Shown here: positions 22,744 through 46,425 of the stretch, one piece after another
How positions within the stretch are numbered: the stretch's first letter is position 1
Layout of the letters: each line of letters opens with the position of its first letter
DNA from: Eledone cirrhosa
Taxonomy: Eukaryota
Length of the DNA: 64,000 nt
NCBI GenBank assembly: GCA_964016885.1
Contig: OZ024744.1
Location: forward strand, 80,972,001 to 81,036,000
Direction: 5' to 3'
Position numbers and translations under genes: made by a program
The notes under the pieces: model-generated
The model's input: the letters and a program-made list of their open reading frames with translations, nothing else
Database searches by the model: none
Told to the model about the DNA's origin: nothing

Positions 22744-25244
22744 GTGTGTGTGTGTGTATAGATATATATACGTGTCTATATCTATCTATGTATGTATATA
22801 TATAAAATATGTGTATATGTATGTGTGTATATGTATATGTGTATATGTATGTATATATGTGTATATGTAGGTATATATATGTGTATATGTAGGTATATAT
22901 ATGTGTATGTGTGTATGTATGTATATATATATATGTGTGTATGTATGTATATATATATATGTGTGTATGTATGTATATATATATATGTGTATGTATGTAT
23001 GTATATATATGTGTATGTATGTATATATATGTGTATGTATATATGTGTATATATATGAGTATGTATGTGTATATATATGTGTATGTGTATATATATGTGT
23101 ATGTATATATATGTGTATGTATATATATGTGTATGTATATATATGTGTATGTATGTATATGTGTATGTATGTATATATATGTGTATGTATGTATATATAT
23201 GTGTATGTATGTATGTATATATATGTGTATGTATGTATATATATGTGTATGTATATATATGTGTATGTATGTATATATATGTGTATGTATATATATGTGT
23301 ATGTATATATATGTGTATGTATGTATATATATGTGTGTATGTATGTGTATATATATGTGTATGTATGTATATATATATGTGTATGTATGTATATATATAT
23401 GTGTATGTATGTATATATATATGTGTATGTATGTATATATATATGTGTATGTATGTATATATATATGTGTATGTATGTATATATATATGTGTATGTATGT
23501 ATATATATATTTGTATGTATGTATATATATATGTGTATGTATGTATATATATATGTGTATGTATGTATATATATATGTGTATGTATGTATATATATATGT
23601 GTATGTATGTATATATATATGTGTATGTATGTATATATATATGTGTATGTATGTATATATATATGTGTATGTATGTATATATATATGTGTATGTATGTAT
23701 ATGTGTATGTATGTATATGTGTATGTATGTATATGTGTATGTGTATGTATGTATATGTGTATGTATGTATATATATATATGTGTATGTATGTATATATAT
23801 ATATGTGTATGTATGTATATATATATATGTGTATGTATGTATATATATATATGTGTATGTATGTATATATATATATGTGTATGTATGTATATATATATAT
23901 GTGTATGTATGTATATATATATATGTGTATGTATGTATATATATATATGTGTATGTATGTATATATATATATGTGTATGTATGTATATATATATATGTGT
24001 ATGTATGTATATATATATATGTGTATGTATGTATATATATATATGTGTATGTATGTATATATATATATGTGTATGTATGTATATATATATATGTGTATGT
24101 ATGTATATATATATATGTGTATGTATGTATATATATATATGTGTATGTATGTATATATATATATGTGTATGTATGTATATATATATATGTGTATGTATGT
24201 ATATATATATATGTGTATGTATGTATATATATATATGTGTATGTATGTATATATATATATGTGTATGTATGTATATATATATATGTGTATGTATGTATAT
24301 ATATATATGTGTATGTATGTATATATATATATGTGTATGTATGTATATATATATATGTGTATGTATGTATATATATATATGTGTATGTATGTATATATAT
24401 ATATGTGTATGTATGTATATATATATATGTGTATGTATGTATATATATATATGTGTATGTATGTATATATATATATGTGTATGTATGTATATATATATAT
24501 GTGTATGTATGTATATATATATATGTGTATGTATGTATATATATATATGTGTATGTATGTATATATATATGTGTATGTATGTATATATATATGTGTATGT
24601 ATGTATATATATATGTGTATGTATGTATATATATATGTGTATGTATGTATATATATATGTGTATGTATGTATATATATATGTGTATGTATGTATATATAT
24701 ATATGTGTATGTATGTATATATATATATGTGTATGTATGTATATATATGTGTATGTATGTATATATGTGTGTATGTATGTATATATGTATGTATGTATGT
24801 ATATATGTATGTATGTATGTATATATGTATGTATGTATGTATATATGTATGTATGTATGTATATATGTATGTATGTATGTATATATGTATGTATGTATGT
24901 GTATATGTATGTATGTGTATATATATGTATGTATCATCATCATCATCTATATGTATGTATGTATGTATATATATATGTATGTATGTATATATATATGTAT
25001 GTATATATATATGTATATATGTATGTATATATATATGTATGTATATATATATGTATGTATATATATATGTATGTATATATATATGTATGTATATATATAT
25101 GTATATATATGTGTATGTATGTATATGTGTATGTATGTATATATGTATGTATGTATATATATATGTATGTATGTATGTATATATATGTGTATGTATGTAT
25201 GTACATATGTATGTACATATGTATGTATGTATGTATGTATGTAC

Positions 25245-25275
<31 letters not shown>

Positions 25276-27619
25276 TGTACATATGTATGTATGTATGTAC
25301 ATATGTATGTATGTATGTATGTATGTACATATGTATGTATGTATGTATGTATATATGTATGTATGTATGTATATATGTATGTATGTATGTACATGTATAT
25401 GTATGTATGTATGTACATGTATATGTATGTATGTATGTACATGTATATGTATATGTATGTATGTATGTACATGTATATGTATGTATGTATGTACATGTAT
25501 ATGTATGTATGTACATGTATATGTATGTATGTACATGTATATGTATGTATGTATGTACATATGTATGTATGTATGTACATATGTATGTATGTATGTACAT
25601 ATGTATGTATGTACATATGTATGTATGTATGTACATATATATATATGTATGTATGTACATATATATATGTATGTATGTACATATATATGTACGTATGTAC
25701 ATATGTACATATGTATGTATGTACATATGTATGTATGTATGTATGTATGTACATATATATGTATGTATGTATGTACATATATATGTATGTATGTACATAT
25801 ATATGTATGTATGTATGTATGTACATATATATGTATGTATGTACATATATATGTATGTATGTACATATATATGTATGTATGTATGTACATATATATGTAT
25901 GTATGTATGTACATATATATGTATGTATGTATGTACATATATATGTATGTATGTATGTACATATATATGTATGCATGTATGTACATATATATGTATGTAC
26001 ATATATATGTATGTATGTACATATATATGTATGTATGTATGTACATATATATGTATGTATGTATGTACATATATATGTATGTATGTATGTACATATGTAT
26101 GTATGTATGTACATATATATGTATGTATGTATGTACATATGTATGTATGTATGTATGTACATATATATGTATGTATGTATGTACATATGTATGTATGTAT
26201 GTATGTACATATGTATGTATGTATGTATGTACATATGTATGTATGTATGTATATATGTATGTACATATGTATGTATGTATGTATGTACATATGTATGTAT
26301 GTATGTATGTACATATGTATGTATGTATGTATGTACATATGTATGTATGTATGTATGTACATATGTATGTATGTATGTATGTACATATGTATGTATGTAT
26401 GTATGTACATATGTATGTATGTATGTATGTACATATGTATGTATGTATGTATGTACATATGTATGTATGTATGTATGTACATATGTATGTATGTATGTAT
26501 GTACATATGTATGTATGTATGTATGTACATATGTATGTATGTATGTATGTACATATGTATGTATGTATGTACATATGTATGTATGTATGTATGTACATAT
26601 GTATGTATGTATGTATGTACATATGTATGTATGTATGTACATATGTATGTATGTATGTATGTACATATGTATGTATGTATGTATGTACATATGTATGTAT
26701 GTATGTATGTACATATGTATGTATGTACATATGTATGTATGTATGTATGTACATATGTATGTATGTACATATGTATGTATGTATGTATGTACATATGTAT
26801 GTATGTATGTATGTACATATGTATGTATGTACATATGTATGTATGTATGTATGTACATATGTATGTATGTATGTATGTACATATGTATGTATGTATGTAC
26901 ATATGTATGTATGTATGTATGTACATATGTATGTATGTATGTATGTACATATGTATGTATGTATGTATGTACATATGTATGTATGTATGTATGTACATAT
27001 GTATGTATGTATGTATGTACATATGTATGTATGTATGTATGTACATATGTATGTATGTATGTATGTACATATGTATGTATGTATGTATGTACATATGTAT
27101 GTATGTATGTATGTACATATGTATGTATGTATGTATGTACATATGTATGTATGTATGTATGTTCATATGTATGTATGTATGTATGTACATATGTATGTAT
27201 GTACGTATGTATGTATGTATGTATGTACGTATGTATGTATGTATGTATGTACATATGTATGTATGTATGTATGTACATATGTATGTATGTATGTATGTAC
27301 ATATGTATGTATGTATGTATGTACATATGTATGTATGTATGTATGTACATATGTATGTATGTATGTATGTACATATGTATGTATGTATGTATGTATGTAC
27401 GTATGTATGTACATATGTATGTATGTATGTATGTATGTACATATGTATGTACATATGTATGTATGTATGTACATATGTATGTATGTATGTATGTACATAT
27501 ATATGTATGTATGTACATATATATGTATGTATGTATGTACATATATATGTATGTATGTATGTACATATATATGTATGTATGTATGTACATATATATGTAT
27601 GTATGTATGTATGTACATA
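22657..27619. repeat. Compound (TA)/(TATG)/(TACA) microsatellite array
   Basis: Seen directly. 20-bp and 22-bp higher-order units. Confidence 0.98.
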
Positions 27620-29545
27620 TAACTTTGAATAACTTTGAAATGTTTTGGCCAGTATTGGCCCAGGCCATGTCTAACTTAATAGCACCACCTGGCGAAGTCT
27701 TTCAATTCAGGATTTGGGCACCATGGCCCATTCGAGAAGAGAATTACTGTTTGCGGAGACATATCCGGGTGTGGGTGGTTTGTCCGGGATTACTTGGAGG
27801 AATTTGTCCAAAGACTTCTTGAATTTTGTGTGGTCAGTTTCTGTTTTGACGTGTCCTGGTGTGATGTTGAAGAGAGCAGGGCCGATTGAGGTGAAATAAT
27901 TGTGCCGTATTGTTGTTATGAGTTGCGATTTAGATTTTTGAATGGGACGGATAGCACGGGGCCCAAGCCTTGGGTGTATCTTGAAGGCGATGCCAACATC
28001 ATTTGGGCAGTGATGATGGAACATTTTCCACATCATGCAGATAATATAACGCTCACGGCGACGTTGGAGTGAGTAAAGTTTCAGGTTTTCCAATCGACCC
28101 CAGTAGTCAAGGTCTGACATGCCATCTATCTTTTTCGTGATTGCCCTTTGAGGAGCTTCAAGTTTCATGATACTTTGTTTCGTGTGGGGAGACCACAGTG
28201 GACAACAGTATTCAAGGTGTGGTCGGGCGAAAGTAGAGAAGAGAAGGATAATGGTGCGGGAATCTCTCGACTGGAAGGTTCTGAGGATCCAGGAACACAT
28301 TCTGCGGGCCATGTCAACTTTGCTGCTTATATGCGTGGTCCAGCTTATGTTGCTGTCCACGGTTACTCCCAAGTCTCTGATGTTGTTAGATGCCACGAGA
28401 GTTTCCCCGGAGGGAAGGGAGTACGGGAGTTTCAGAGCATCCTCTTTTCCAAAGTGGATCAGTTCGAATTTGTCTTCGTTCAGTAACATGTTGTTCTTTT
28501 CTGCCCATTGGGTAACAGCCAGTAGGTCTGACTGAAGGCTTATCCGGTCATCCACGCCATTGATGACCTTTTGGAGCTTGGAATCATCAGCGAAAATTTT
28601 AATGTTGCTGTGTTTGATGATGTCAGTGATGTCATTAATATAGATGATGAAGAGAAGTGGGCCCAACACAGTGCCTTGTGGGACTCCACTACTGACTTTG
28701 GCTGGGCTTGATTTGACTCCCTCAACTACAACATGTTGGGTTCTGTTTGACAGGAAGCTCTTGATCCACTGCAGCAGCTTTCCAGTGACACCAATATTGG
28801 ACAGCTTTCTCAGTAGAATGTTATGATCAACCCTGTCAAAGGCCTTGCTGAAATCAAGGTAGATAACATCAGTGTTGGAACCCTCTCCCAAGGCTCTCAA
28901 AATGTCATCAAAGTGATGCAGTAGTTGCGTCAGGCAATCCCTTCCATTACGGAATCCATGCTGGTTGGAGTTCAGCATATTGTTACTCTCAAGGAAGTGG
29001 GTCATTCGCGATCTCACCACTCGCTCAAATACCTTAATGATATGAGAGGTGAGTGAGATTGGACGGTAATTCACGGCAAGGGATTTGTTTCCCCTTTTGA
29101 AAACTGGGACAACAGACTGGGATAGAAGGTTTTCTGGCACATATCCAGCATCCAGTGAGTTCCGCCACAGATTGGCAAGAGGAGAAGCAAGTTGGTGTTG
29201 ACACGCCTTCAAGACACAAGCAGGGAACCTATCGGGACCTACTGCTGAATTATGCTTGATTTCCTTTATTGCCGCCAAGACATCAGGGGCGCCAAACGTT
29301 ATGTCCGATAAGGTGTAATGGGGAGTAACATCGCCGATACAGCCCAGATCGGCCATATCAGGATTGCTGAAAACAGAGCAGTATTGTTTCTGCAGTATCT
29401 CACCCATGGTTTTAGCATTGTCTTGAAGAGTGCCATTTTCGTCAATTAGAGGGCCAACAGTAGAGCCAGTGATTTTGTGTTTTTTTGCAAATGAAAAGAA
29501 CACTTTGGGATTGAGTTTGATCTTCTCAATGGCCCAGGCCTCTTC
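27620..29545 (-). mobile_element. CR1-group LINE, 5'-truncated, uninterrupted RT ORF (stop at 27707)
   Basis: [53 protein letters not shown]. The 3' end is (TTCAAAGTTA)2. Confidence 0.93.
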
Positions 29546-31292
29546 ATATATATGTATGTATGTACATATATATGTATGTATGTACATATATATGTATGTA
29601 TGTACATATATATGTATGTATGTACATATATATGTATGTATGTACATATATATGTATGTATGTACATATGTATGTATGTATGTACATATATATGTATGTA
29701 TGTACATATGTATGTATGTATGTACATATGTATGTATGTACATATGTATGTATGTACATATATATGTATGTATGTACATATATATGTATGTATGTACATA
29801 TATATGTATGTATGTACATATATATGTATGTACATATATATGTATGTATGTACATATATATGTATGTATGTACATATATATGTATGTATGTACATATATA
29901 TGTATGTATGTACATATGTATGTATGTATGTACATATGTATGTATGTATGTACATATGTATGTATGTATGTACATATGTATGTATGTATGTACATATGTA
30001 TGTATGTATGTACATATGTATGTATGTATGTACGTATGTATGTATGTACATATGTATGTATGTATGTACATATGTATGTATGTATGTACATATATATGTA
30101 TGTATGTACATATATATGTATGTATGTACATATATATGTATGTATGTACATATATATGTATGTATGTACATATATATGTATGTATGTACATATATATGTA
30201 TATGTATGTACATATATATGTATATGTATGTACATATATATGTATATGTATGTACATATATATGTATATGTATGTACATATATATGTATATGTATGTACA
30301 TATATATGTATATGTATGTACATATATATGTATATGTATGTACATATATATGTATATGTATGTACATATATATGTATATGTATGTACATATATATGTATA
30401 TGTATGTACATATATATGTATATGTATGTACATATATATGTATATGTATGTACATATATATGTATATGTATGTACATATATATGTATATGTATGTACATA
30501 TATATGTATATGTATGTACATATATATATGTATATGTATGTACATATATATATGTATATGTATGTATGTACATATATATATGTATATGTATGTATGTACA
30601 TATATATATGTATATGTATGTATGTACATATATATATGTATTTATGTATGTATGTACATATATATATGTATTTATGTATGTATGTACATATATATATGTA
30701 TTTATGTATGTATGTACATATATATATGTATTTATGTATGTATGTACATATATATATGTATTTATGTATGTATGTACATATATATATGTATTTATGTATG
30801 TATGTACATATATATATGTATTTATGTATGTATGTACATATATATATGTATTTATGTATGTATGTACATATATATATGTATTTATGTATGTATGTACATA
30901 TATATATGTATTTATGTATGTATGTACATATATATATATGTATTTATGTATGTATGTACATATATATATATGTATTTATGTATGTATGTACATATATATA
31001 TATGTATTTATGTATGTATGTACATATATATATATGTATTTATGTATGTATGTACATATATATATATGTATTTATGTATGTATGTACATATATATATATG
31101 TATTTATGTATGTATGTACATATATATATATGTATTTATGTATGTATGTACATATATATATATGTATGTATGTACATATATATATATGTATGTATGTACA
31201 TATATATATATGTATGTATGTACATATATATATATGTATGTATGTACATATATATATATGTATGTATGTATGTATGTACATGTATGTATGTA
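29546..31292. repeat. Compound microsatellite array
   Basis: Seen directly. 20-, 22-, 30- and 32-bp units. Confidence 0.98.
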
Positions 31293-31900
31293 CAGGTCAC
31301 CAGTTGGTGCTACTGGTAACATGTATCCCAGTACAACCTGTCCCATGGTCGGGTCGTTGCCGACTAAACTGGCAACCCCACTAAGGTTTCTTGGTGAGGA
31401 GGGTGACTTTGGACATCCTGCAGGACTAAAAACAAAACCTGTCAAAGGGCAAAGGAGCTCTTAAGAGTCAATGGCCATCCAAAATCACCGGGAGAGATGA
31501 CCCCTTAGCCTTTGTCAAGGCAGAATTCTAGGAGAAGGAAAACTCTGATATAACACCTGCAACCCTGATGGTATCCAATGATGTTGACTTGTTCTTCTTT
31601 TTGGTAAATATCATCTTGGTTAAGAGAGTGGGACTGGCTTTGTGCAGTGCCTTTGCTCACTATAAAAGCTTCACGGCACAGGCATTGCTTTATATCTGGA
31701 GATCTCTCTGCACTTGTCGTCACATGGTACCATGGGCCCAGCACTATGTGTCAGTAATTGTCACAAGTGTAGTGTTTGTACCAGAGTTTTCAAGTCGCTG
31801 GTTGGACTAAAAAGTCACACTCGTTCAGCGCATCGGTAGGGGTTCTCCTACATGGATATAAAGTAGTGGCCGTACTCGAAAACGAGTTGGCAGCCACCAT
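31293..31900 (+). mobile_element. Non-autonomous bipartite RTE derivative (~600 bp), copy 1
   Basis: RTE-like 5' UTR motif GGAGAAGGAAAACTCTGAT joined to a C2H2-finger-coding 3' end ([22 protein letters not shown]). Four near-identical full copies in the window. Confidence 0.75.
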
Positions 31901-34413
31901 GTACATATATATATATGTATTTATGTATGTATGTACATATATATATATGTATTTATGTATGTATGTACATATATATATGTATTTATGTATGTATGTACAT
32001 ATATATATATATATGTATGTATGTATGTACATATATATATATGTATGTATGTATGTATGTACATATATATATATATATGTATGTATGTATGTACATATAT
32101 ATATATGTATTTATGTATTTATGTATGTATGTACATATATATATATGTATTTATGTATTTATGTATGTATGTACATATATATATATGTATTTATGTATTT
32201 ATGTATGTATGTACATATATATATATGTATTTATGTATTTATGTATGTATGTACATATATACATGTATTTATGTATTTATGTATGTATATATGTATGTAT
32301 ATAGATATGTATGTATATAGATATGTATGTATATAGATATGTATGTATATAGATATGTATGTATATAGATATGTATGTATGTGTATATATATGTATGTAT
32401 ATATATATATATATGTACGTATATATATATGGACGTATATATGTATGTATAAATATATGGACGTATATATGTACGTATATATATATGGACGTATATATGT
32501 ACGTATATATATATGGACGTATATATGTACGTATATATATACGTACGTATAAATATATGGACGTATATATGTACGTATATATATACGTACGTATAAATAT
32601 ATGGACGTATATATGTACGTATATATATATGGACGTATATATGTACGTATATATATATGGACGTATATATGTACGTATATATATATGGACGTATATATGT
32701 ACGTATATATATATGGACGTATATATGTACGTATATATATATATATGGACGTATATATGTACGTATATATATATACGTATATATATATATGTACGTATAT
32801 ATGTATGTATGTATATGTATGTATGTATGTATGTATGTATATGTATGTATGTGTATATGTATGTATATATATATGTGTATATGTATGTATATATATATGT
32901 GTATATGTATGTATATATATATGTGTATATGTATATATATATATATATGTATATATATATGTATGTATATATATATGTATATATATATGTATGTATATAT
33001 ATATATGTATATATATGTATATATATATGTATATATATATGTATATATATATATGTATGTATATATATATGTATATATATATGTATATATATATGTATAT
33101 ATATATGTATATATATATGTATATATATATGTATATATATATGTATATATATATGTATATATATATGTATATATATATATGTATATATGTATATGTATAT
33201 ATATATGTATATATATATGTATGTATATATGTATGTATATATATATGTATATATGTATGTATATATATATGTATATATATATGTATATATATATGTATGT
33301 ATATATGTATGTATATATATATGTATATATGTATGTATATATATATGTATATGTATATATATATGTATATATATATGTATATATATATGTATGTATATAT
33401 ATATGTATGTATATATATATGTATATATATATGTATGTATATATATATGTATATATATATGTATGTATATATATATGTATATATATATGTATATATATAT
33501 GTATGTATATATATATGTATATATATATGTATATGTATATGTATATGTATATATATATGTATGTATATATGTATGTATATATGTATGTATATATATATGT
33601 ATGTATGTATGTATATATATATGTATGTATATATGTATGTATATATGTATGTATATATGTATATATATATGTATGTATATATGTATGTATGTATGTATAT
33701 ATGTATGTATATATGTATGTATATATGTATGTATGTATATATGTATGTATGTATGTATGTATATATGTATGTATGTATATATGTATGTATGTATATATGT
33801 ATGTATGTATATATGTATGTATGTATATATGTATGTATGTATATATGTATGTATGTATATATGTATGTATATATGTATGTATATATGTATATATATATGT
33901 ATGTATATATGTATGTATATATGTATGTATGTATATATATATGTATGTATATATGTATGTATATATATATGTATATATGTATGTATGTATGTATGTATAT
34001 ATATATGTATGTATATATATATGTATATATGTATGTATGTATATATATATGTATATATGTATGTATGTATATATATATGTATGTATATATATATGTATAT
34101 ATATATGTATGTATATATATATGTATGTATATATATATGTATATATATATGTATGTATATATATATGTATGTATATATATATGTATATATATATGTATGT
34201 ATATATGTATGTATATATATATGTATATGTATATATATATGTATATATATATGTATGTATATATATATGTATATATATATGTATGTATATATATATGTAT
34301 GTATATATATATGTATATATATATGTATATATATATGTATATATATATATATGTATATATATATGTATATGTATATGTATATATATATATATGTATATAT
34401 ATATGTATATATG

Positions 34414-34444
<31 letters not shown>

Positions 34445-34521
34445 GTATATATATATGTATATATATATGTATATATATATGTATGTATGTATATATGTAT
34501 ATATATATGTATGTATATATG

Positions 34522-34574
<53 letters not shown>

Positions 34575-34586
34575 GTATGTATATAT
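31901..34586. repeat. Compound microsatellite array
   Basis: Seen directly. Includes a GGACGTATATATGTACGT block at ~32430-32790. Confidence 0.98.
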
Positions 34587-35533
34587 GGTCATCAATGGCG
34601 TGGATGACCGGATAAGCCTTCAGTCAGACCTACTGGCTGTTACCCAATGGGCAGAAAAGAACAACATGTTACTGAACGAAGACAAATTCGAACTGATCCA
34701 CTTTGGAAAAGAGGATGCTCTGAAACTCCCATACTCCATTCCCTCCGGTGAAACTCTTGTGGCATCTAACAACATCAGAGACTTGGGAGTAACCGTGGAC
34801 AGCAACATAAGCTGGACCACGCATATAAGCAGCAAAGTTGACATGGCCCGCAGAATGTGTTCCTGGATCCTCAGAACCTTCCAGTCGAGAGATTCCCGCA
34901 CCATTATCCTTCTCTTCTCTACTTTCGCCCGACCACACCTTGAATACTGTTGTCCACTGTGGTCTCCCCACACGAAACAAAGTATCATGAAACTTGAAGC
35001 TCCTCAAAGGGCAATCACGAAAAAGATAGATGGCATGTCAGACCTTGACTACTGGGGTCGATTGGAAAACCTGAAACTTTACTCACTCCAACGTCGCCGT
35101 GAGCGTTATATTATCTGCATGATGTGGAAAATGTTCCATCATCACTGCCCAAATGATGTTGGCATCGCCTTCAAGATACACCCAAGGCTTGGGCCCCGTG
35201 CTATCCGTCCCATTCAAAAATCTAAATCGCAACTCATAACAACAATACGGCACAATTATTTCACCTCAATCGACCCTGCTCTCTTCAACATCACACCAGG
35301 ACACCTCAAAACAGAAACTGACCACTCAAAATTCAAGAAGTCTTTGGACAAATTCCTCCAAGTAATCCCGGACAAACCAGCCACACCCGGATATGTCTCC
35401 GCAAACAGTAATTCTCTTCTCGAATGGGCCATGGTGCCCAAATCCTGAATTGAAAGACTTCGCCAGGTGGTGCTATTAAGTTAGACATGGCCTGGGCCAA
35501 TACTGGCCAAAACATTTCAAAGTTATTCAAAGT

Positions 35534-35535
<2 letters not shown>
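34587..35535 (+). mobile_element. CR1-group LINE 3' fragment (near-identical to 27620-28570, inverted)
   Basis: [15 protein letters not shown]...EWAMVPKS*. Five amino-acid differences from the other copy and the same 3' end. Confidence 0.93.
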
Positions 35536-42311
<6,776 letters not shown>

Positions 42312-43311
42312 ATCATTATCATTTTACGTCCGCTTTTCCCTGCTTGCAAGGGTGGGACGGGTCTTATTCAGCACAGCATCTCTCCACTCGTCACGGTCCC
42401 TCGTCATCTCCACCGTGAGCTTCAATGATCTGAGGTCTGTTCTCACCACCTCCGCCATGTTTTTCGTGGTCTACCTCTACCACGTCTTCCTTCAACTGGC
42501 ATTTCCTGGCACTTCTTCACCCCATCGGTCATCCTCCATGCGCATCACATGTCCATACCACCTCAGTCTCCTCTCCCGTACACTACATTCTATCCCTCTC
42601 AGACACAGTTTCTCTCTCAACACATTTATGCTGGGTCGTTCACGCACATTTACACTGCACATCCAACGGAGCATGCTTGCCTCATTTCTCTCCAGCCGTC
42701 GCATATCTTCTGCGGTAGCTGCCCATGTCTCACTACCATGCAGCATCGCGCTCCTCACACAGGCATCATACAACCGGCCTTTCGTACGCAGGGAGAAACC
42801 CTTCTTTGTCAACAGAGGAAGCAGCTCCCTAAACTTCTTCCAACCCGTCCTTATTCTAGATACTATGGCTCGGAACACCCTCCTCCCATGCTAATCTGAT
42901 CTCCTAGGTACCGGAAGCTATCCACCACTTCTATAGCGCCCTCTCGCATTTGAAAAATGTGTCTATCAGTGCGACTTCTACTGTCTAATTTCCCTGTACA
43001 TCTACTGCATACATATTTCTCCCTACCTGTTAGTTTGCCTGCTATCCGCTACATTCTCTGTGTACCCAGGACCTACATTGTGTGCATTTTATAGAATTTA
43101 TGCCAGTTCCTTTTCTGCATATCGAACATGGCCATTTCCCTGACGGAATCAGGGTTTTGTCCTCTTTTCTACTCATCAACACTTTTGTCTTAGCTAGATT
43201 TACTCTCAGTCCTCTTGCTTCCAACTGCTGTTTCCATAGCCGGAATTTATTCTCTAGCTCCTCTACTGATTCTGCCATAAGAGCCAGATCGTCAGCATAG
43301 AGAAGTTCCCA
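42312..43311 (-). mobile_element. RTE family C 3' portion, runs into assembly gap
   Basis: [12 protein letters not shown]-like [29 protein letters not shown]. Contains frameshifts. Confidence 0.9.
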
Positions 43312-43511
43312 NNNNNNNNNNNNNNNNNNNNNNNNNNNNNNNNNNNNNNNNNNNNNNNNNNNNNNNNNNNNNNNNNNNNNNNNNNNNNNNNNNNNNNNNN
43401 NNNNNNNNNNNNNNNNNNNNNNNNNNNNNNNNNNNNNNNNNNNNNNNNNNNNNNNNNNNNNNNNNNNNNNNNNNNNNNNNNNNNNNNNNNNNNNNNNNNN
43501 NNNNNNNNNNN
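43312..43511. other. Assembly gap (200 N)
   Basis: Run of N. Confidence 1.
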
Positions 43512-45628
<2,117 letters not shown>

Positions 45629-46235
45629 TCAGGTCACCAGTTGGTGCTACTGGTAACATGTATCCCAGTACAACCTGTCCCATGGTCGGGTCGTTGGCGA
45701 CTAAACTGGCAACCCCACCAAGGTTTCTTGGTGTGGAGGGTGACTTTGGACATCCTGCAGGACTAAAAACAAAACCTGTCAAAGGGCAAAGGAGCTCTTA
45801 AGAGTCAATGGCCATCCAAAATCACCGGGAGAGATGACCCCTTAGCCTTTGTCAAGGCAGAATTCTAGGAGAAGGAAAACTCTGATATAACACCTGCAAC
45901 CCTGATGGTTTCCAATGATGTTGACTTGTTCTTCTTTTTGGTAAATATCATCTTGGTTAAGAGAGTGGGACTGGCTTTGTGCAGTGCCTTTGCTCACTAT
46001 AAAAGCTTCACAGCACAGGCATTGCTTTATATCTGGAGATCTCTCTGCACTTGTCGTCACATGGTACCATGGGCCCAGCACTGTGTGTCAATAATTGTCA
46101 CAAGTGTAGTGTTTGTACCAGTTTTCAAGTCGCTGGCTGGACTAAAAAGTCACACTCGTTCAGCGCATCGGTAGGGGTTCTCCTACATGGATATAAAGTA
46201 GTGGCCGTACTCGAAAACGAGTTGGCAGCCACCAT
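45629..46235 (+). mobile_element. Non-autonomous RTE derivative, copy 2
   Basis: Near-identical to 31293-31900. Confidence 0.75.
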
Positions 46236-46238
46236 ATG

Positions 46239-46305
<67 letters not shown>

Positions 46306-46378
46306 GTATATATGTATATATATGTATATATGTATATATATGTATATATGTATATATATGTATATATGTATATATATG

Positions 46379-46425
<47 letters not shown>

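Noticed and set aside
27707-30601. 964-aa ORF fusing a repeat N-terminus to a reverse transcriptase (also 32359-35448)
   Set aside because: This is a 5'-truncated CR1 ORF that stays in frame with stop-free microsatellite. There is no evidence of a real fusion protein.
31330-31410. Twister-like resemblance (CCTGTCCCATGGTCGGG ... GAGGAGGG) in the RTE derivative
   Set aside because: The conserved UAA cleavage loop and T1/T2 pseudoknot pairings could not be assembled.
43312-43511. Continuity of the array and RTE across the N run
   Set aside because: This is a fixed-length scaffold gap, so true distance and adjacency are unknown. ORFs spanning it are meaningless.
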